Assembly: GCA_051654305.1 (NCBI GenBank)
Contig: JBOFXU010000262.1
Location: 1-47,192, forward strand
Reading direction: 5' to 3'
Source of the DNA: Bacteroidales bacterium
GTDB taxonomy: Bacteria; Bacteroidota; Bacteroidia; Bacteroidales; UBA7332
Length of the DNA: 47,192 bases
Shown: piece by piece, positions 10,430 through 19,407 of the stretch
Numbering within the stretch: the stretch's first letter is position 1
Layout: each line of letters opens with the position of its first letter
Notes under the pieces: generated by a model
What the model saw: the letters and a program-made list of their open reading frames with translations, nothing else
What the model was told of the DNA's origin: nothing
The model's database searches: none
Position numbers and translations under genes: made by a program

Positions 10430-11465
10430 ATTCGACTTATTGACGACTGTAGAATATGGAGGTTGTTCGGCGAAACTTTCGCCAAAAGAGTTAAGCAACT
10501 TACTACAGGATATACCTATACTCAAAGACAACCGTATTCTGGTGGATATTGAGACACACGACGATGCCGGGGTTTTTCTGATCAACGACTCTACGGCGCT
10601 GATCGTCACTACGGATTTCTTCCCACCGGTGTGTAGCCGTGCCGAAGACTTCGGAGAGATTGCAGCCGCTAACTCCCTGAGCGATGTTTATGCCATGGGG
10701 GGCACTCCTCTCCTGACGCTAAACCTCACGATGTTTCCGTCCAAAGAGATCCCTCTGGAGGTCCTGAAAGAGATTCTTCTGGGAGGACAAAGCAAGATCA
10801 ATGAAGCGGGTGCCTTCACAATGGGAGGACATACGATTGACGACTATCCCCCGAAATACGGACTGGCTGTTGTGGGAACGGTTCACCCCGATCACCTCAT
10901 CACAAACAGTGGTCTGCGCGAAGGGCAAAAACTTATTCTGACCAAACCTCTGGGTATGGGTGTGATCATTGCTGCCCGCAGAATGGGTATGGCTTCGGAT
11001 GCTGCCTATGAGGCTGCGCTCACTCAGATGAAACTGCTGAATAAAAAAGGTGCTGAACTGATGCAGAAGTACCACGTGACGGGAGCGACTGACGTAACGG
11101 GATTCGGACTGGCAGGACACCTGTTCAAAATGGCTCTGGCTTCAGGTGTGACTGCTCAGGTCTATGCCGAACAGCTTCCTCTGTTGCCCGAAGTGCGGGA
11201 ACTGCTTGAAGAGGGATGTATTCCCGGAGGAGCTTTCCGAAATCTGGACTATGCCCAGGAGTATGTTCATTTTGCTGCCGGGGTGCCCATGGAGCTGAAA
11301 ATGGCTGCCTGCGATCCTCAGACTTCCGGCGGACTTCTTATGGGGGTAGATGCCGACCTTGCAGACGCTTTACTCGAAGAACTTCACCAGTCAGGCTTAC
11401 ATCCCGATGCTGCTATTATTGGTGAAATATTGCCGCAACGAAACAAATCCTTATACCTCTTATAA
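10419..11465 (+). CDS. selD: Selenide, water dikinase (selenophosphate synthetase), Cys-type
   Basis: The ORF track starts at a GTG at 10380. I prefer the ATG at 10419 because MKNEFDLLTTVEYGGCSAKLSP aligns with the SelD N-terminus, and Cys (not TGA/Sec) occupies the catalytic position. The AIR-synthase-like fold motif DDAGV and the C-terminal CDPQTSGGLL are present. Confidence 0.92.
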   Translation: MKNEFDLLTTVEYGGCSAKLSPKELSNLLQDIPILKDNRILVDIETHDDAGVFLINDSTALIVTTDFFPPVCSRAEDFGEIAAANSLSDVYAMGGTPLLTLNLTMFPSKEIPLEVLKEILLGGQSKINEAGAFTMGGHTIDDYPPKYGLAVVGTVHPDHLITNSGLREGQKLILTKPLGMGVIIAARRMGMASDAAYEAALTQMKLLNKKGAELMQKYHVTGATDVTGFGLAGHLFKMALASGVTAQVYAEQLPLLPEVRELLEEGCIPGGAFRNLDYAQEYVHFAAGVPMELKMAACDPQTSGGLLMGVDADLADALLEELHQSGLHPDAAIIGEILPQRNKSLYLL

Positions 11466-11472
11466 CTTAAAA

Positions 11473-11514
11473 CTCCCGGATAGTTTTTCTTTTAGAAATC
11501 TATCTGGGAGTTTT
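11473..11514 (+). terminator. Rho-independent terminator after selD
   Basis: CTCCCGGATAG (11473..11483) pairs with CTATCTGGGAG (11500..11510) with one G-U pair, then TTTT. Confidence 0.7.
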
Positions 11515-11692
11515 CATTTCTTGTCATTTTCCGCGACAAAAAAATAAAGAAGGCTAAAGTCTAAGCCCAAATCCGTCAGCAATTTGGGGTTCAGCCCAAA
11601 ATTTAGTAATTTAGTGACCACGACACAAAAAGAGCGGATATCTATCTATTGCCGCTTCTTCTTTCATCAACTGAAAAGTACCTAAACCTATT

Positions 11693-12322
11693 ATGAGCAT
11701 ATTATTAAACGGAAAAAACTTACTAAGATCATTTATTCTTTTATCGATTGCGATCGTATCGTTCGCGGGTACCCCAGCCAAAGCACAATCATTAGATTTG
11801 ATTAATGTGAATGTGCTGAAACCAGCGGTTCCTGAGCTATCCGATTTCAGATTAACAGTTCCTGTGGATCTGGACCAGAACAAAGACCTTTCTGAAAAGT
11901 TTTTCAATGATCTGCTGGACAGAGCGACGACACTGCTTGGTGTGCCTTACCGTTGGGGAGGGACAACAAAAAGGGCTTTCGACTGCTCGGGTTTTACTTC
12001 ATACGTATTCAAACAATTCGGCATTACACTTCCTCGTACGAGCAGAGATCAGGCCCGAAATGGCGAGAAGGTAGCCCAAACGGATGTTCGTCCCGGAGAT
12101 CTGATCTTCTTTAATGGCAGACGTGGCGTAGGCTCAAAATCAATCGGACATGTTGGTATCGTACTTTCGAACGATGGTAAAGGTGAAGTAAAGTTCATCC
12201 ACAGTGCGAATGGGGGGGTACAGATCTCAAATTTAAAGAAAGACGTGTATTACAAGAAAAGATTTGTAAGTGCAACACGCATTACTCCTTCCGGCGATAT
12301 CAGACAAAACAAAGTTTCGTAA
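11693..12322 (+). CDS. NlpC/P60 (C40) family cell-wall peptidase, secreted
   Basis: 209 aa with a signal peptide (AGTPAKAQS). The catalytic Cys motif is FDCSGFTSYVF. His lies in IGHVGIV and a further His in FIHSA. Confidence 0.88.
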   Translation: MSILLNGKNLLRSFILLSIAIVSFAGTPAKAQSLDLINVNVLKPAVPELSDFRLTVPVDLDQNKDLSEKFFNDLLDRATTLLGVPYRWGGTTKRAFDCSGFTSYVFKQFGITLPRTSRDQARNGEKVAQTDVRPGDLIFFNGRRGVGSKSIGHVGIVLSNDGKGEVKFIHSANGGVQISNLKKDVYYKKRFVSATRITPSGDIRQNKVS

Positions 12323-12336
12323 ACTTATATATAAAC

Positions 12337-12373
12337 AAAGAACCGCACCGGTAATAAATCGGTGCGGTTCTTT
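12337..12373. terminator. Bidirectional hairpin terminator between the convergent NlpC/P60 and bactofilin genes
   Basis: AAAGAACCGCACCG (12337..12350) pairs perfectly with CGGTGCGGTTCTTT (12360..12373), a 14-bp stem. There are T-rich tracts on both strands. Confidence 0.8.
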
Positions 12374-12412
12374 ATTTATATATGAATCTGAGTAGTACGA
12401 GTAACTTTGGGT

Positions 12413-12757
12413 TTATTTACCCATAATGCAACGTCCCGAGAAGATGGCATCAGGTTCAACGGCAAGACTCTTGGTGGTAATATCCCCATTGATCTTTCCA
12501 GTTTTACGAATAATCAAACTCTCTTTTAGCTCAATATTGCCATTGATTGTCCCAAGGACATCGGCATGAATGCAGGATACATTTCCGGTGATCACGGCAT
12601 GAGGCCCGATAACTACTTTTCCGTTACAAGACACATCTCCATCAATGTTACCATCGATACGAAAATCCTCCTGTGCATTAATATTCCCCTTAATATATGT
12701 TCCGTTTGCAAGCGCATTATGTGGCAATCCACTCTGTTTTTCTTCTCTTCTTAGCAT
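12413..12757 (-). CDS. Bactofilin (polymer-forming cytoskeletal protein, DUF583)
   Basis: About 114 aa. The repetitive beta-helical pattern GNINAQEDFRIDGNIDGDVSCNGKVVIGPHAVITGNVSCIHADVLGTINGNIEL...GKINGDITT is typical of bactofilins. The track start at 12763 is TTG. The ATG at 12757 is preferred. Confidence 0.85.
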   Translation of the reverse strand: MLRREEKQSGLPHNALANGTYIKGNINAQEDFRIDGNIDGDVSCNGKVVIGPHAVITGNVSCIHADVLGTINGNIELKESLIIRKTGKINGDITTKSLAVEPDAIFSGRCIMGK

Positions 12758-12779
12758 AAACAAGTATAATTTCTTCGCG

Positions 12780-12787
12780 CAAATATA
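12780..12787 (-). promoter_or_regulatory. Candidate -7 box (TATATTTG) for the bactofilin gene
   Basis: CAAATATA on plus is TAtaTTTG on minus, 22 nt upstream of the ATG at 12757. Confidence 0.4.
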
Positions 12788-12808
12788 ACATCTTTAGCCG
12801 ATTATTTA

Positions 12809-12816
12809 TATGTTTG
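12809..12816 (+). promoter_or_regulatory. Candidate -7 box (TATGTTTG) for folB
   Basis: Exact TAnnTTTG match. It contains the ATG at 12810 that the ORF track uses as the start, which argues that the real folB start is the ATG at 12858. Confidence 0.4.
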
Positions 12817-12857
12817 TGGTTCTTTTAATCCAATCAAAAAGTAACAATAATTTAAAG

Positions 12858-13238
12858 ATGAAAACCTGGATAGAACTTGAAGAGATGGAGTTTTTTGCCT
12901 TCCATGGCGTTTTCGAACAGGAAGCTCTGGTAGGGAACCGTTTCAGAGTGGATCTGAAAATGAGAATTGATATCTCCGAGGCCATGCTGACAGACGAAGT
13001 AACCGATACGGTGAGTTATGCCGATGCTTTCCAGGTAGTACGACAGGAGATGAAGATCCGGGCAAAACTACTCGAACACCTGACCGGTAGAATTGTATCG
13101 CGTTTGTTCGGGAGTTTCAACACGATCGACGAAATCGAAATCAAACTCTCCAAGGTGAATCCTCCGGGATGTGGAGACATTCGTCAGGCATCTGTGATTA
13201 TTGAAACTAAACGTAAAGACTGGACGTTTAAACTATAG
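12858..13238 (+). CDS. folB: Dihydroneopterin aldolase
   Basis: 126 aa from the ATG at 12858. The N-terminus IELEEMEFFAFHGVFEQEALVGNRFRVDL and the motif TVSYADA match the FolB tunnelling fold. The typical length is about 120 aa, so the 16-aa extension in the track is unlikely. Confidence 0.85.
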   Translation: MKTWIELEEMEFFAFHGVFEQEALVGNRFRVDLKMRIDISEAMLTDEVTDTVSYADAFQVVRQEMKIRAKLLEHLTGRIVSRLFGSFNTIDEIEIKLSKVNPPGCGDIRQASVIIETKRKDWTFKL

Positions 13239-13269
13239 AAACTAAACTTTAACACATTAAACAGACTAT

Positions 13270-14343
13270 ATGAGAAAACTGATATTATCTGCTTCGCTGC
13301 TACTTTCACTATCTTCTCTGGCACAGACGAACCTGATCAAACTTTCGGGAGCAAAAAGCTCGGATACTGGTTTGAGCTACTTCCTGCCTAAGACGGTGCT
13401 ATATGTAGACATAGAGGCAACAAAAACAACGATAAAGGCTGGGAAATATGCCCGCTTTGCCGAAAAATTCCTGGGTACGAAAAATGCACCGCAGGACAAC
13501 ATGGTTCTCTATTCACTGGACAATGTGATGATGGGGACTTGTGGTGAGGCTGACAAAAATGAAGGCTACATGCTTCAGTATAAATCAGCAAACACTCCTT
13601 TTATTTATCTTACTCAGGAAGGTCTGATCTGCTCGGTAAATATGGAACCGGATGAGTCATACAACAACTCTTGTGTTCCGGCTTTGCCCGAAGGTAAGAT
13701 TATTCAGAAGTTCTCTACGGACAATGACGCATTACTCTCTGAAGAGTATCTGATGTCTGGCTCATCCCTGAAAATGGCTGAGGTTGCGGCAAAACAGATC
13801 TATCGTATTCGCGAGAGCCGCCAGGATATCCTGACAGGTGATGCTGAAAATATGCCTAAAGACGGAGAGGCGCTGAAGTTTATGACGAATCAGCTGGACG
13901 AGAAAGAGCGTGCTCTGACTTCGATGTTTATTGGCAACGAACAACGAGAGAAGGTGTACATCCGTTATAAAGTGGATGTGGCTGATCTGGCAGAATCACA
14001 AGTTCTTTTCCGCTTCTCTAACTATTTCGGGGTGGTGGATAAAAATGACCTGAGCGGCGAACCGGTTTTCATCGACCTTAAAGTAACCGATCAAAAGGAG
14101 CACGAACCCGTGAATCCTAAGGACAAAAAGAAACCTGAGGAGCCAGGTGTGATGTATAACACTCCGGGGAAAGCGGCCATCACGTTACGTATGGGTAAAA
14201 AGAAGCTGACTTCCGGAGAGTTTGCTTTCACCCAGTTCGGAATCAAGAATGCTCTTCCGGCATCCTTGTTCGAGAACAAGAAAGTCATTACAAAAGTGCT
14301 TCTGGACCCTGTTACCGGAAGTGTAAGACAATTGATACAGTAA
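13270..14343 (+). CDS. Secreted protein of unknown function (resembles the approx. 360-aa Bacteroidales DUF4831 family, from memory)
   Basis: 357 aa with a signal peptide (LSSLAQT). No catalytic motif was recognised. It starts 31 nt after the folB stop and is followed by a strong terminator. Confidence 0.6.
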   Translation: MRKLILSASLLLSLSSLAQTNLIKLSGAKSSDTGLSYFLPKTVLYVDIEATKTTIKAGKYARFAEKFLGTKNAPQDNMVLYSLDNVMMGTCGEADKNEGYMLQYKSANTPFIYLTQEGLICSVNMEPDESYNNSCVPALPEGKIIQKFSTDNDALLSEEYLMSGSSLKMAEVAAKQIYRIRESRQDILTGDAENMPKDGEALKFMTNQLDEKERALTSMFIGNEQREKVYIRYKVDVADLAESQVLFRFSNYFGVVDKNDLSGEPVFIDLKVTDQKEHEPVNPKDKKKPEEPGVMYNTPGKAAITLRMGKKKLTSGEFAFTQFGIKNALPASLFENKKVITKVLLDPVTGSVRQLIQ

Positions 14344-14365
14344 GCCTGTACTTCACGAATATAAA

Positions 14366-14408
14366 GTTGGTCAAAGGAGTTTCACACTCTTTTGACCAAC
14401 TTTTTTTT
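14366..14408 (+). terminator. Rho-independent terminator after the DUF4831-like gene
   Basis: GTTGGTCAAA (14366..14375) pairs with TTTGACCAAC (14391..14400), then an 8-nt T run. Confidence 0.85.
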
Positions 14409-14430
14409 ACACACACACTATTGAGAGAAT

Positions 14431-14468
14431 AGGAAAAAGCCGCCCGGAGAGATCTCCGAAGCGGCTTT
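14431..14468 (-). terminator. Rho-independent terminator after the ABC-2 efflux operon
   Basis: AAAGCCGC (14436..14443) pairs with GCGGCTTT (14461..14468), with further inner pairing. On the minus strand it is followed by TTTTTCC. It lies 19 nt after the stop at 14487. Confidence 0.75.
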
Positions 14469-14486
14469 CCCGATTATATGATACAA

Positions 14487-15665
14487 TTATGCTTTTCGGA
14501 TCCGATAACGAATACCGAAGTAAGCTCCTATGAAATAGACAATGGTTAGTGCCCACAATATCCGGTAGGGTGTAATCACCTCAACCAAAGTAGCACCCAT
14601 TGACTGGATACGAATAAATGCATCGACACCATTGCTGCTCGGAACTATTTTAGCCAGATGAAACAACCACTGCGGCATGGCTTGCTGTGGCAGCGAAATG
14701 CCTGTCAGAAGCAAGAACGGAATGGAGGTAAAGAGCAAAAAGAGTATCGAATTTTCGCGGTAACGGAATAGCGTCGAGAGCATAATTCCCAAAAAGATAA
14801 CGGATAGCAGATACGGCAGGAGTAACTGTAAAAGATCTCCGATTGCTCCGTTCGCCGGATAACCAAACAAATTGTAGTGAACACCCAACACATAGGAAAT
14901 GGTAATGACACACATCAACAGATAGGTAACGGCTTTTCCGAAGACCACAGGCAGTATAGACAAACGGGACTCGCCCGTAGGGATTAACTGCTTGTAGAGA
15001 TTCTGTTCGCGCCATGTTCCTCCGATCATCCCGATGGCAATAAGCAGTGTCTGCTGTAGAATCAGAATAATGATTGCCGGCATTACGAAGGATCCATATC
15101 CACCATAGGGATTGAAGAGGTTCGTTATTTTGATCTGTACAGGATTGCTGATCACTTTTGCTGCCTCGGGTGACTTACCCGACGACACAAAGCGGTTCCA
15201 CTCGATTTCTGTCCCGACTTTATCAATGGCACTGATGGCATCAGAAAATACCTGACGATACATCAGAAAGTAGCTGGCATCAGCATAGACCGATACGGCA
15301 GCTTTCTCCATGCGCAGAACTTTCTTTTCGTAATCATGCGGAATGACGATCACCCCGTTCACTTCACGCGACATGAAAAGATGTTTAGCTTCGTCGAGAC
15401 TGGCAGGCTTGTAGGCTATTTTCATATTCGAAGCGGCATCAATGGCACGTATCAGCACCTGGCTCGAAGGAGAGTTGCTCTGATCGACTACCGCAATAGG
15501 AACATCCCGCAAGACTTCGTTTTTATAAGCCAGCGAATAAAGAATGGAATAGATAAAAATCGCACCTACCATCACAAGCAGTACCCCCGGATCTTTGAGA
15601 ATGAAGGTCAGCTCGTTTTTGATCACCGATTTAAATTCCTGAAATTGTATTTTTAATCTTCCCAT
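14487..15665 (-). CDS. ABC-2 type transporter permease (YhhJ/YbhR-like)
   Basis: 392 aa. It has one N-terminal TM segment, a large extracytoplasmic loop, then 5 C-terminal TM segments. There is no Walker A/B motif. It is a paralogue of the upstream gene. Confidence 0.85.
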   Translation of the reverse strand: MGRLKIQFQEFKSVIKNELTFILKDPGVLLVMVGAIFIYSILYSLAYKNEVLRDVPIAVVDQSNSPSSQVLIRAIDAASNMKIAYKPASLDEAKHLFMSREVNGVIVIPHDYEKKVLRMEKAAVSVYADASYFLMYRQVFSDAISAIDKVGTEIEWNRFVSSGKSPEAAKVISNPVQIKITNLFNPYGGYGSFVMPAIIILILQQTLLIAIGMIGGTWREQNLYKQLIPTGESRLSILPVVFGKAVTYLLMCVITISYVLGVHYNLFGYPANGAIGDLLQLLLPYLLSVIFLGIMLSTLFRYRENSILFLLFTSIPFLLLTGISLPQQAMPQWLFHLAKIVPSSNGVDAFIRIQSMGATLVEVITPYRILWALTIVYFIGAYFGIRYRIRKA

Positions 15666-15695
15666 GAAGTTTGTTTTTTATCTGTCCCCCGACTA

Positions 15696-16871
15696 CTAAT
15701 ATTTATTCCAGTATGCCGGATCTGTTGTGATTTTTTTTAAACGTGACAAAAAGAGATACGGCAGAAGGATAAATACCCCCAACCCGATCAAATAGTGCCA
15801 TGAGTAACTAACATCTGCTCCGCGGATCGCCTGATCCAGGAATATTTCCATATAGTAAGTAAACGGAAATATTTTACCGAACATCCGTATGGCTGGGTCC
15901 ATAGCCATAAATGGGAATGTTAATCCTGAAAAGGTAAAAGCCAGCACCGAATATCCGCCACCTAAGGAGAGGGCAAGACGCAGATTACTCAACAAGGTAA
16001 TGATCAAAATCCCCACAGACTGATAGGCTATCAGAAACAGAAAACCAGCGAGGAAGAGGAAAAGTGCACTTCCGTTGAGAGGTACCTGTTCATACTTGTA
16101 AATAATGACATTCATAAAGCACCAGAGGACCATGTGAAGCCCCATGTAAGGGAGAAGTTTCCCCCAGAGTGCTGCAAGCACATTGCCTCCCGCGACTTCC
16201 ATCCATTCGCCTGCCGTACCATTTTTCAACTCCACACCTATCGCAAAAATGGTAGAGATGAGGATAAATACAATCATCATCATGGGTAGGAAAGCAGGTA
16301 GCAGGTAGAACGAGTAGTTGGTAAACGGATTAAACAACACATGTTTTTCAAATGTGACGGGCATCATCTGCACATACGCCTCCTTCTCGGATAGTCCGGC
16401 TTTCATCAACAACTGGATCTGAATACCGGAAGAGAAGGTCATGACTGTCGTGCGAATATCTTTATCCAGTAATCCGTTCTTGGTAAGATTTGTTCCACTG
16501 ATAAACGTATTCACTGTAGCTTGCTCGTTGCGAAGCACCAGTCGCTCAAACCCATCGGGGATGATAATAAACGCGTCTATCTTCCCTTCCTTCATTAATC
16601 GCTCGCCTTCTAAAGGATCTGAAATATCCTGAATAATTTTGACCGAAGGAGTAGCATCTATCATCCGCACAAGTTTGCGGGAAAGATCCGAGGCATCCTC
16701 ATTCATAACGGCTACCGGCAAATCGCGTGGCACCCCTGTCTGAAAAATCAGGACAAATAACAGAAACGATATAAGCGGAAGAATTAACGAAAGAGTAATA
16801 AAAATGGGATAATCAGAGAAGCGTCTCCACTCCCGTTTGAATACTTTTTTGAATAATTCGGTAAAGCTCAT
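15696..16871 (-). CDS. ABC-2 type transporter permease (YhhJ/YbhS-like)
   Basis: 391 aa with the same topology as 14487..15665 and no nucleotide-binding motifs. Confidence 0.85.
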   Translation of the reverse strand: MSFTELFKKVFKREWRRFSDYPIFITLSLILPLISFLLFVLIFQTGVPRDLPVAVMNEDASDLSRKLVRMIDATPSVKIIQDISDPLEGERLMKEGKIDAFIIIPDGFERLVLRNEQATVNTFISGTNLTKNGLLDKDIRTTVMTFSSGIQIQLLMKAGLSEKEAYVQMMPVTFEKHVLFNPFTNYSFYLLPAFLPMMMIVFILISTIFAIGVELKNGTAGEWMEVAGGNVLAALWGKLLPYMGLHMVLWCFMNVIIYKYEQVPLNGSALFLFLAGFLFLIAYQSVGILIITLLSNLRLALSLGGGYSVLAFTFSGLTFPFMAMDPAIRMFGKIFPFTYYMEIFLDQAIRGADVSYSWHYLIGLGVFILLPYLFLSRLKKITTDPAYWNKY

Positions 16872-16879
16872 AGGTGGTC

Positions 16880-17908
16880 TTACTTAATGTCATCCCAATT
16901 GACGATTACTGACATGCCCGGACGTAGCTGAGCTTTTGTTTTAGCAGGACGCATTTTGACTTCAAATGTACGGATGTCAAATTCGCCTTTTGTGCGGGTA
17001 GCTGACCAAGTGGCATAATCCGCCTGTGCTGCAATACGTTCTACGGTAAGTGCTATTTTTTCGTCAATTCCGGGAATGTATCCTTCAACAACGGTTCCTT
17101 TCTGAAGTTTCGGAAGTAACGTTTCTTTCACGTTGAAAGTAACCCACGTATCGTTGAGATTGATAAGTGTAATGATCGGAAAGCCTGTACCCACTAATTC
17201 GTTTGGTTCAGAGATAATTGTTGCCACCTCTGCATCGATCGGTGCATTCTGGCGCGCATCCGAGATAAGAGATGTAACTTCTGACACTACAGCATCCGCC
17301 TGATCATAAAGCGCTGCTGCAGCTTCCTTATCTTCGTTACGTGCACCTTCTCTGGCCATGGCATACTGAGATTTAGCAGCGGCACGCGTTGCGTCCATTG
17401 CTTTGAGATTGGCTGAAGCCTCATCAAATTTCTGAGAAGGAATAACTCCGCTGTTATATAGTTTTTCGGCTCTCTGGTAGGTTTTCAAAGCAAGTTCATA
17501 CCCTGCTTCGGCCTTTTGCCAGATACTGTACAACCCTTCTACTTCCTGTTTGCGTGCCCCTCTCTTTGCTTTAGAATCCTGTGCTCCGGCAGCATTTCGT
17601 ACTGCCTGTGCCTGACGCAGCTTAGCATCTACCTCCGGTGTACGGAGTGAAAACAACGGATCGCCAACCTTAACACTTTGACCTTCCTCTACAAAAATAG
17701 AATCGACACGTCCTGGTATTTTAGACGCAATCTTTATTGAAGTGGCAACCACTTCGCCCTGAATCAACTGAGGTGTGGGTTTGATCACAAACCAGGCTAT
17801 TAAAGATATAATCGCCAAAATAATTGCTACACCTGCTGCAATCCCTGCAAAATTTCCCTTTTTCATTGCTGTATTTTTTTTTGACAAGAATGAATCATCT
17901 GCATTCAT
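16880..17908 (-). CDS. HlyD-family membrane fusion / periplasmic adaptor protein
   Basis: 342 aa (the alternative ATG at 17866 gives MKKGNFAG...). It has a single N-terminal TM segment, a lipoyl-like motif (GEVVATSIKIASKIPGRVDSIFVEEGQSVKVGDPLFSL), a long coiled-coil and a beta-barrel C-terminus. Confidence 0.88.
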   Translation of the reverse strand: MNADDSFLSKKNTAMKKGNFAGIAAGVAIILAIISLIAWFVIKPTPQLIQGEVVATSIKIASKIPGRVDSIFVEEGQSVKVGDPLFSLRTPEVDAKLRQAQAVRNAAGAQDSKAKRGARKQEVEGLYSIWQKAEAGYELALKTYQRAEKLYNSGVIPSQKFDEASANLKAMDATRAAAKSQYAMAREGARNEDKEAAAALYDQADAVVSEVTSLISDARQNAPIDAEVATIISEPNELVGTGFPIITLINLNDTWVTFNVKETLLPKLQKGTVVEGYIPGIDEKIALTVERIAAQADYATWSATRTKGEFDIRTFEVKMRPAKTKAQLRPGMSVIVNWDDIK

Positions 17909-17937
17909 TCCTGATTAGACATCACTGTTCGTATGAA

Positions 17938-19380
17938 TTAAAAACTGATCGTTAAATTGTTAGCCCGTTGGCTATACTCTATAAAGCGTTCGCTCTGCCC
18001 GCAAGCCTCAAGAAGTTTAGCCAGCATCGTATCGTAATTATAGGCAGCCTGCAAGCGCTCTGTCTGAATCTTTGCCAGATGTAAGCGGGCATCAACGACT
18101 TCGGATGAAGTTGCAGAACCTTCGCGAAAGGCTTCTTCCTTAATTCTCAAATATTCTTTGGCAAACTCCAGCGATGTGTTTAATGACGGGATTTGCTGAG
18201 CAGAACTTTGCAAAGAGTTGTATATCTTTTCGACAAGTGCCTGAATATCATTCTGTGCTTTTACGCCATACGCCTGAGCCTGTTTCACGGTACTTTTAGC
18301 TGCACTGTATTTGTGTTCGCGGTGAAGACCATCAAAGATATTGAGTTTAACTCCTGCACCGACAATCCATTTGGGAGCGAGGTGTGTAAGCTGATGATTA
18401 TACAAATCCACCATTCCCATCAATGCTACCTGGGGCATATATTCAGAACGATGCAGACGTACCCCCTCTTTCGCCAGATCCTCTTTGAGATGGACTTGTC
18501 TGACCAATGGGTTATTCTCAACGGCAAGTTGCTTAAAATAATCAATCGCTTCGAGGTCTGTCACCATAAAGAAGCTCGATACAGGCAGATAAGATGCGCC
18601 TTGCTGATTGAGCGTTGTTGCCAATGCGGAATTGAGCGTACGGTCAAATAGCTGTGCATTATTGTATTCTTTCATCGCATCGGCTTCGAAGGACTGAGCA
18701 TGAAGCCGCTCGCCGCGTGCAATCATTCCATTCTCTTCCAGAGCTACGGCATCGGACAAATGTTTTTTCATCCCTTCGACCACTCTTCCGCGAAGCTGAA
18801 CGACTTGTTTGGATAAGGCTAATCCATAATAGCGTTCTACAAGTTCGGAAACTAAAGCAGACTTTTGCTGATCCCCTTTTGCAATAGCCTCTTTCTCTTT
18901 GATACGGGATGCTTTATTGGCAGCTGTAATTTTACCTCCGGTGAAGACCGGCATCTTAAAACTGGCTCCGACCATCCCGAAGTTATCCTCCTGAATAATC
19001 ATGCGTAAGTCTTTCCCCTGCAGACCGGCTAACATTCCGGCAACGGGTTGCTGAAGATTTGGGGGTAATACGGGAAGTAATGCCCCGGCTACCTCACCCA
19101 ACTGTTCTTTCACCGGATTCAGGTCAAAGGAAACATCGTCGGACATAAGGGAATAAGCCCCGGTAAGACTAATCTGAGGGAAATAGAGCCCTAATGCAGC
19201 TTTACGTTCTTTTTCAGCAGCTTCTTCCTCATGCTTAATTGCGTTCATCATCGGATTAGAGCTCAATGTCATATGTAATGCATCATCAATCGATATCATT
19301 TGCATCGTAGAATCGACCTGAGCATAAGAACCGAATGCAGCAAACAAGGTTACTGCAAGAAGTTGATTTCTTTTTTTCAT
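17938..19380 (-). CDS. TolC-family outer-membrane efflux protein
   Basis: 480 aa with a signal peptide (GSYAQV). Two tandem OEP repeats have long helical segments. Confidence 0.88.
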   Translation of the reverse strand: MKKRNQLLAVTLFAAFGSYAQVDSTMQMISIDDALHMTLSSNPMMNAIKHEEEAAEKERKAALGLYFPQISLTGAYSLMSDDVSFDLNPVKEQLGEVAGALLPVLPPNLQQPVAGMLAGLQGKDLRMIIQEDNFGMVGASFKMPVFTGGKITAANKASRIKEKEAIAKGDQQKSALVSELVERYYGLALSKQVVQLRGRVVEGMKKHLSDAVALEENGMIARGERLHAQSFEADAMKEYNNAQLFDRTLNSALATTLNQQGASYLPVSSFFMVTDLEAIDYFKQLAVENNPLVRQVHLKEDLAKEGVRLHRSEYMPQVALMGMVDLYNHQLTHLAPKWIVGAGVKLNIFDGLHREHKYSAAKSTVKQAQAYGVKAQNDIQALVEKIYNSLQSSAQQIPSLNTSLEFAKEYLRIKEEAFREGSATSSEVVDARLHLAKIQTERLQAAYNYDTMLAKLLEACGQSERFIEYSQRANNLTISF

Positions 19381-19407
19381 CTCTAACTTTTAAATGGATT
19401 CAAACCG

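Noticed and set aside
7456-11465. Possible selenocysteine (in-frame TGA) codons in the selenium operon genes
   Set aside because: All five ORFs are uninterrupted. The positions where Sec variants are known (SelD catalytic loop, YedF Cys motifs) encode Cys here. No SECIS-like context was evident.
12758-12857. Longer starts for the bactofilin (TTG 12763) and folB (ATG 12810)
   Set aside because: The ATG at 12810 lies inside the TATGTTTG -7 box. The bactofilin TTG is two codons upstream of an ATG. Family-typical lengths favour the shorter forms.
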